Shown: positions 23,101 to 32,100 of the stretch, piece after piece | How the letters are laid out: every line of letters begins with the position of its first letter | Position numbering within the stretch: the first letter of the stretch is position 1 | Origin: Bispira polyomma | Taxonomy: Eukaryota | DNA: 64,000 nt | Reading direction: 5' to 3' | NCBI GenBank assembly: GCA_965649765.1 | Contig: OZ287749.1 | Span: forward strand, 27,032,001-27,096,000 | The notes under the pieces: generated by a model | What the model saw: only the letters and a program-made list of their open reading frames with translations | The model's database searches: none | Told to the model about the DNA's origin: nothing | Program-made: the position numbers and the translations under genes

Positions 23101-26100
23101 AAGTCATGAAAGTTGATCCCCATGCTGTTTTTGGGATGTGACTTAACAATCTAAGGGCTTCATTGTGAGAGTTTAGTGTACTACATGCTTTTTTAGCTAA
23201 TTATAAACTACACATTCAAGCTGAAATAGCTTTTGTTAAATGAAGGTTGCACTTTCTTCTTTGCTTCTAGTGCTTTGTGTCCCATATGTGAGTGAGATAT
23301 GGTGCCAGCAAAGACAAATAGAAAATATAGAATAAAATAAAACACATACTGTTGCATGTATCAACCGAAACATTTGCAGCTGTAAACTTTTAGACAACTG
23401 TCATGCAAATAAGCATATAAGCGCCTTTTAATTGCTTTAACTTATTTCTAATGAAACAGTTTATATCTTTTAACTTATTTCTGATTGTACACTTATAACA
23501 GCCTTTAACTTTAAAAAAGCTAGTGTAATCAACTGGACTTTAGTCCCATAATAATTCACCACGTTACTGTATGAGCTAAAAGGCCAAGGCCTCATAGTTC
23601 AGACAAACACAGTCACTATATGCTAGATGCATTGATTTTTCTCACTGATCTTTTAAAGCACACTCAAAGAGTCTTCCTATTCACATCTACGGTGTAAACA
23701 TATTCCCTGTATATCTTACACTACAGAAACAACATGCTCAGTTCCTGAAGATGTTCCTCACATCATGTATGAAATGTTGGGGGAGCGAGTGTTGGACAAA
23801 CTGATGAGACATTGTAATGGGAGCCAAAGACACTTAGAGGGGGTGTCAGCAGCTGTATGTGTGAAAGGGGGAGAGTGGGACAGCTTACAGCCTGTGTGTA
23901 CAGGTAAGGTATACAGGTGTCTAGTGGGTAGTACAGTATACAGGTAAGGTATACAGGTGTCTAGTGGGTAGTACAGTGTACAGGTATGGTATACAGGTGT
24001 CTAATGGGTAGTACAGTGTACAGGTAAGGTATACAGGTGTCTAGTTTAATATGGTATTATTGTTTTACTTTTGTTCAGTACCCGCATTTGCAATGTATTA
24101 GTACTGGCAAAATATATACATATGGCCACAGTCGCAATGAAATACTGGCAGTCCTTTGTGACTCCAACTATCTGTAACTTACCCGAGTTATTCCTTCAGT
24201 ACTCATATTCATATTTATAATCAGCACATATATCTACCTTCATTTGGTACTCAGAGTGTTAATGAACCCTTTCCTGATTGCCTCAGTTACTGTCATTTCC
24301 CTAACTGAAAAGAGAGGCTTGAGGATGACCATTTATCAACATCTCCAAGGATCTTTAGCCTGCCACTGGGGATAGGACCCAGTGACAGTGGACCGCTGTT
24401 TTAAGTGGTCATCCAAGCCACTAGGCAAATGTGTGTACACATCCTGTCAAAGGATCAAGATTCTCATTAAAGACGGTACAGGGGAATCCTGCTCCCTCAG
24501 GTGTGAAAGGCTAGACATAGATATATAGACATTAATGATTTACGTTATATCGGCCCACTACGTATTAATGTACATTATTCCTGTGTTATTTCAGAGATAG
24601 ACTGTGGCATACCTGATATGTACATAGACAAATCCTTCAGACCCGGACCCACAGTGTACAACTCACTGGTACAGTACAGCTGTGAGTGTGAAGGGGAAGA
24701 CACAGCACTGGTGTCACAGTGTACTGAGAGAGGATGGTCAGAGGGGGACGGTACAGTGTGTACAGGTAAGTACAGGTGTACAGGTAAATACAGGTGTACT
24801 GAGAGAGGATGGGTGGGGGACAGTACAGTGTCTACAGGTAAGTAAAAGTAAACCGGTTAACAAACGTAAACAGTTAAACACAGTGTGCCGAGAGAAGGTG
24901 GTCAGAGGGGAACGGTACAGTGTGTGCAGGTGTACAGGTAAATACAAGTGTACAGGTAAATATAGGTGTACAAGTAAATACAGGTGTACAGGTAAATAAA
25001 GGTGTACAGGTAAATACAGGTGTACTGATAGAGGGTGGTCAGAGGGGGACACTATAGTGTGTACAGGTAAGTACAGGTGTACAGGTAAACACAGGTTTAC
25101 AGGTAAACACAGGTGTACAGGTAAACAGAGATGTGCAGGTAAACACAGGTGTACATATAAATACAGGTGTGGTGTAGACATAAACACAGTGTAGAGGTTA
25201 ACACAGATGTATAGGTAAACACAAGTGTACATGTAAACACAGGTGTACAGGTAGTCTATTTTTGATGTGTAGCAGACTACACTATGATTTTAAACCCAAT
25301 CATCTAAACACGTAAATCATAATGTATACTAACTAAATTCCAGGCTCCCAGTGAACGCAAGGTTTAAAATGGCTAATGTGTGAATTAACATTAAGTTTAA
25401 CTAAGAAATTGTTATGTGTACAGCTATTGTGGTAAGACAATCTTCTGAATTTCTGAATAATAAATCATTAAGTAAGTATTTCCAAAGACCGCTGTGAATG
25501 TGTGTTCCTTGTGAGGTCATTTTAATTATAATATAATTGAATTCTGATTAATATTCCTTGATAATTTGTAAACTATTTGTTGGACACTTTATTTCCACTT
25601 ACAAACTCAGTAACAAAGTAAAGGTGAAAATGTATAATGCTCCAGCTCAAACTGTCATATTTGTCTTTGTATCATTCACAGTACAGTCGTGTGGTGTAGA
25701 GTTTGGTCCAGGTGTAGAAGTCTTACATACAGAGGGGGGTGTACAATGTGGAGATGTAGTGACCCTCACATGTCTCCCTGGTTATACCATGGTAACAGGG
25801 CACACTTCTAACAACTGTAACGAAGGAGTCTGGACAGAAGAGGCTTTACAATGTACTGGTAAGTCGTAGATGTAGATCTATTTTGAGTTTATCATCACTT
25901 TCAAAAATTGTGTATTATATAGTGAAACAGACAGTTTATTCGCGGGGAACAACAGAACAGGGCAGTTGGATAAGTTTACTGAACTACAACTCACCAGATT
26001 TCAGTAAGTTTAGTTATGTCAATGTCCTATCATTCTCGATCTATCTAAAATTAAATTAGTACTTGATGCAGTTTTTCTCTGAAGATAGTGGCTTGAAGCC

Positions 26101-29100
26101 CATTAAGACCATTTATCAATGTCTGCAAGGTTCTTTAGGATGCCACTGGGAATAGGACCCAATGACAGATGACCGCCATTTGAAGTGGTCACCTAAATCA
26201 ATGTGTTTGTCACTCAAACTCTACACATAGGTATCCCAGACTGGTATCAAACCCAGGTCCTCTCTAGAGCCTTGAATACATGTGTTAACCACTAATCTAC
26301 AGTGACAGAACTACCTCTACTTAAGCAGGATTTTCACTTAAGATAGGTAGATTTGTGGGACAACATATTTTTCTCAAATTTTTAAATGGCAAATTAACAT
26401 AACAGTTTTCTACTCAAGAGGTTTGACTGCACTGTAATGTTTGTTATAGTTACTTGTGATAAGATAAATACCATGCCTTAGTGGGTAAAACACTTACTTA
26501 TCACCACAGAGAACCTGGGTTTGATTACAGCCAGAGACATTGTGGCTTGGATTACCATTAAAAGTGCCAGTCCTTAAATGTCATTAAGTCCTATCCCGAG
26601 TAGCAGGCTAAAGAACCCTGGGGATTTTTGTGAATGGTCATCCTTGAGCCTCTCTCTTCAGTTAAAGGAATGACAGTTTACTGGTGCAGGTTGGCTGTAC
26701 TTTGGCAGCCAACAAAAGTTAATAAGCACTTTGAATACCTGACAAAGGTAAACAAATGTGCTGAGGATACATTGAATACAATACAATTTTGCATTCTTAA
26801 GATCTAAATGGAATTACAATTACCATTATGTATTACAGAAAAAAACTCCAAACTTGTATTATCCGATTTTATGAACTCGATCATTTCCACTCTCCCAAAT
26901 TTATGTTTTTTCTATTCTTTTATATAGTGGTCTCTGTGGCCTAGTGCTTAGAGTGTCGAACTTTGGATCTGAGTAATCTCAGAGCCCCGGTTAGATCCTC
27001 GCTTCAGGCCTGGAGATTGTACCTTTGGACTAGTTACTTTACACAAAGTTGTCCCTCTCTACCCAGGTGTATAAATGGGTACCTGACCGTTAATGGGTGT
27101 TAGTCTTTGTGTGCCTTATGTGGCAGCACAGCTAGTATGCTTCCTGAGGGAGCTGAAACTTAACAATTGGTTGACAAGTGGAAGAACCCAGGCTGGGGGT
27201 GAAAACTGTAAAGTCGGCTGAGACCTCAATAGAGGTGATATCAGACTATAAACCTACACACATTTACAATTGCCTCTTCTATTTTAGGAACCTTCTACTA
27301 TCCGAACCAAATCTTAGACTCCCAACATGTGCAGATAATAGAGTTTCCACCATACTAGATAATAAGCAATGTTTCCCTTCCTGTTTGTAGAGACAAGTTG
27401 TCCGATGTTAGATGACCTTGACGATGTCACTGTGAATGTCACAGGTACAAGTATTGGGGACACGGCTATGTACTCTTGTACCAGTGATACCATGCTATTG
27501 TTAGGTACCACAGAGAGAACCTGTACAGAGGATGGGATCTGGGATGAGACTGTACCTGTTTGTGAAGGTAAAGTGAGTGCTGTATGTGTCAATATTTATG
27601 TCAATGAGAGTTAATTTTTGTATGACAAACAGCCTATAAGTAACTCACATAATTTTTAACTGTCTTCCAACATACTTTCTTCTTCTTTTGAAATGAAAAA
27701 CAAATATTGTTTGTATAAGTCATATATTAAAGAAACCCAGTGTCCCTACATCACTTATGAGTGGCTGCTTGAAGTGTATATTGAAGACAACACCCCAGGT
27801 TCACAGGGGTTCTTTACCTGTGCTGTGGGGTATAACATGTCTACTGATGGAAGAAGCTTTGTGACTTGTTCAGGTGATGGCAACTGGCTAGGAAATGTAC
27901 CAATATGTGCTGGTAAGGAAGTCCGCATTATATAGTAAATGTAGAACGTCTATTATGTGAAGTACACTAAAACCTCTATTATCTGAATATATCTGACTTT
28001 ATAAATACAGTTTCACTGTTCCAAATTTTTCCATTGATTCAGGTAAAACATTCTATTATACAAATTCTTGCTCTCCAAATATGTTCAGATAATAGAGGTT
28101 GTACTGTACTATCACCCTAATTTTCAGGGGGTCTCAGTGATGTAATGGTAATACTAATCTACCTCTTCCATCATGAGTTTGAATCACGGGCCCAGGTGTA
28201 AAATGTGGAAAAGTTGGCAGTAGACTTGCTAAAGGCTGGTGCGTTGCAGAGCAGAAAACTTTGACCAACTACTCTGTTGTGATTTGCTTCACCAGTAAAT
28301 TTCCATCATTACATTACACAAAAATGTGTTCAAAATGACATTAAACCCCACTACACTAACTTGAATGAATATTCAATTTGATGAACTCAAAGTAACACTC
28401 CTAAAATTATAGATGTTCTTATATGTAAATGTAAATGTTAATGGCAGGTTTATAGTCTAATATCACTACTCTTGAGGTCTCAGTCGACTTTACATTTTAC
28501 ACCCCCAGCCTGGGTTCTTTTACTTGTCAAAAAATTGTTCAGTCTCAGCTCCCTCAGGGAGCATACCTACTAGCCGTGCTGCCACATGCGGCGCACAAAG
28601 ACACCTGGGAAGAGAGGGACAACTTTGTGTAAAGCACCTTGTTCTGGTACAATCTCCAGGCCGCAGGCGAGGATTGAATCCTTGCTCTCAAGATACCTGA
28701 GATTCAAAGTCTGACACACTAACCATTAGGCCACAGAGACCACTTATATACATGTAGTTTTATACCAAAATACTTGTATGTTCATGTGAACCTTCTATTG
28801 TCACAGCTTATTCTCACTCAACGTGTTAATTCATATGATAGAGTTTCTTACTCTATGTAAATGGTTGATTTTTCTTTCTTTCTGGTAGCCATCACTTGTG
28901 AGCTTCCACTAATACCACATGGTCGTATTGTTGGTTCAAACAACAGCTATAGAGGCCAAGTGGAGGTGGTGTGTGATGTGGGGTATAGACTGCTTGGAGG
29001 TGATAGAGTGTTAGAGTGTGGATCTGAGGGATACTGGCTGTCTGATACACCTTACTGCCAAGGTATGGACTACTGGATTATCATCTATAGTATTGTTATG

Positions 29101-32100
29101 TGGTGGTGGTAGTGTGTGTTGTTGGGTGATAGATTCTTACAGTGTGGCTCTAAGTGATACTGGCTGTCTGATACACCCTACTGTCAAGGTATGGACCACT
29201 AGCTGTATTATCTAGAATATTAATACACAAGTTTTTACGTGTTTTCTTCACTAAAGCCTTAAGGGGTTGTGGGTATGATAGGCTGCTGATTTTGGTAATG
29301 ATGTCAAGTTCGGCCTCAAACAAAACCAAAACAATTTTCTTTCTATCTTGTTATCTGCTGCTGTGGCTCAATGGGTAACACACTCACTTAGGAACACAGA
29401 TCAAGGACCGGAGTTTGATCCCAGTCTGAAGCAACCAGGTACAGGCAGATACATAGTGGCTCTAATAACCACTTACAATGGCAGCCCTCTGTCATTGAGA
29501 TGTCTAAGTGAAAATAATGCACTTAGACAAAAAAAAATCAAGTCAAGGAACAACCAAATAATATTGCATTTATATGGAGAATTGATGTGTCCTAACAAAG
29601 TTTTATACTAAAGCAGATCCAAGGGCTTAAACAGCTAGTTTTATGTTTTACACAATAAATTATTTCCAATGTTATTTTAAGCCTTTTGATGCATCCTCGA
29701 AAACAAGGAGCATTAGGGCATAGTAATATATAGGAAGAAATCTGGGCATCTATTGTAATGGTCTTATGAAAGATTCAAATGAAAAATTGTATTAACAGTG
29801 AGCGTTTTCTAGTGATATCATTAGCATCAAAATTCTATTTATGTGCTCAATATTTGTTTTGAAAATAATGATTGATCGGAAATATACAGGAAATATAAGT
29901 CTTGGGCCAGAATGAAAGATTTTTTTGGTGGATACTAACTACTACATAGTTAAAACTTTAACTCACATCACATATTTCTTTTTAGCGCTTGGTATACAGG
30001 GGTGGACAGCTTAGCGGACGGGACAGCGATAGCGGACAGTAACTTACAACACAAAATTTGTTGCATTTAAAAAGCCATCTGTAAAATATTAAGTACTTAT
30101 CACACTAATTTATTTAGTAAGACAGACTTTACATTTAAAATCGGTCAGATTACTTGGTAAATGGATTAATTGTGTACATTTGAAGTTACTGTCCACTAAG
30201 CTGTCCACTGTCTGCTGAACTGTCCACCCCTGTATAGTTTTTGAAATAAATAATATTGTATGTTACATGCTTCAGAATCTAAGTACCAGCAGATTCAAAG
30301 GCACAATAATGCCTTCTGTCATTGAGTCCTATCTCTAGAAGTAGGCTAAGGATCCTTTGGGCCGTAGATAAATGGCCATCTCCAGGTCTCTCTCTTCAAT
30401 TGGGGGAATTAGTTGTTGGTAGGCTGTACTTCTGCAGTCAAGAAAAGGTTAATTAACACTTTTAATACAAGATAAATGTAGAGAAATGCAATGAGTATAA
30501 ACTTGAATATTATGCAATAATGGGTAGATAAATGAGCCAAGTATGAATTCGAAAAACAAAAGAGTATACAATTGACCAAGCATGAAAAATAGTTGAAGCT
30601 CAATCCAGTGAATTTCTCCAAATTCTATAAGTTAATGAAATAGTCTTTCCAGTTTGGTGCAATAAGTTTTATCCAGTCAAACATTGTATAGTACATGTAA
30701 CACTCTATTGTTACAGCCTTGGAGTGCAGTGTACCTGAGGTACCCAGACATGGTAGTCTAAGCCTGAGTACTCTATCGGTGGGCAGTATAGTGAGGTACT
30801 ACTGTGAGTACATGTACACACCAGTGACTGGAGATACTTTTAGATACTGTCAACACAACGCCACGTGGAATGGCACACAACCCGTTTGTCAAAGTATGTA
30901 TGGTCATGCAGTTCTGTAATAGGGCAAAGATGCCTCTAATCAATGTGTCATTAAGGCATATAAATCTCGATTGGTTCTGCTTTGTAAATATAAATAAATT
31001 CTTTATTGTAAAAAAAATCTATTTCTTTGCTTACATTGTTGATGTGACATTTTATGTGTGTGACATAGAAATATCCTTCTGAAAATGTAAAGCACATTAA
31101 CTTGTTTTTACTGTGACCCTCCTAACACCCTCTATATATACCTTTCAGGAATTGACTGTAACCCTCCTCCTAACACCCCCTATATGTACCTTTCAGGCAT
31201 TGACTGTAACCCTCCTAACACCTCTATATGTACCTTTCAGGAGTTGACTGTAACCCTCCTCCTAACACTTCCTATATGTACCTTTCAGGCGTTGACTGTA
31301 ACCCTCCTAACACCTCTATATGTACCTTTCAGGAGTTGACTGTAACCCTCCTCCTAACACTCCCTATATGTACCTTTCAGGCGTTGACTGTAACCCTCCT
31401 AACACCTCTATATGTACCTTTCAGGAGTTGACTGTAACCCTCCTCCTAACACTCCCTATATGTACCTTTCAGGTGTTGACTGTAACCCTCCTAACACCTC
31501 TATATGTACCTTTCAGGAGTTGACTGTAACCCTCCTCCTAACACTCCCTATGTGTACCTTTCAGGCATTGACTGTTACCCTCCTCCTAACACCCCCTATA
31601 TTTACCTTTTAGGAGTTGACTGTAACCCTCCTCCTAACACTCCCTATATGTACCTTTTAGGAGTTGACTGTAACCCTCCTCCTAACACCCCCTATATGTA
31701 CCTTTTAGGAGTTGACTGTAACCCTCCTCCAAACACTCCTATATGTACCTTTCAGGAGTTGACTGTAACCCTCCTAACACCCCCTATTTGTACCTTTTAG
31801 GAATTGACTGTAACCCTCCTCCTAACATCCCCTATATGTACCTTTCAGGCATTGACTGTGGCCCTTGTAACACCCCTTATATGTACCTTTTAGGAGTTGA
31901 CTGTTACTCACCTCCTAACACCCCCTATATTTACCTTTCAGGAGTTGACTGTGGCCCTCCTCGTAACACCCCATGACTGTAACTCTCCTCCTAATACCCC
32001 CTATATGTACCTTTCAGGAGTTGACTGTAACCCTCCTCCTAACACCTCCTACATGTACCTTTCAGGAGTTGACTGTGGCACTCCTAACACCCCTATATGT

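Noticed and set aside
24682-25232. ORFs 24682..24999 and 24738..25232 (LPVHLY and CTGKYR repeats)
   Set aside because: Products of the 18 bp donor repeat, with no independent gene signals.
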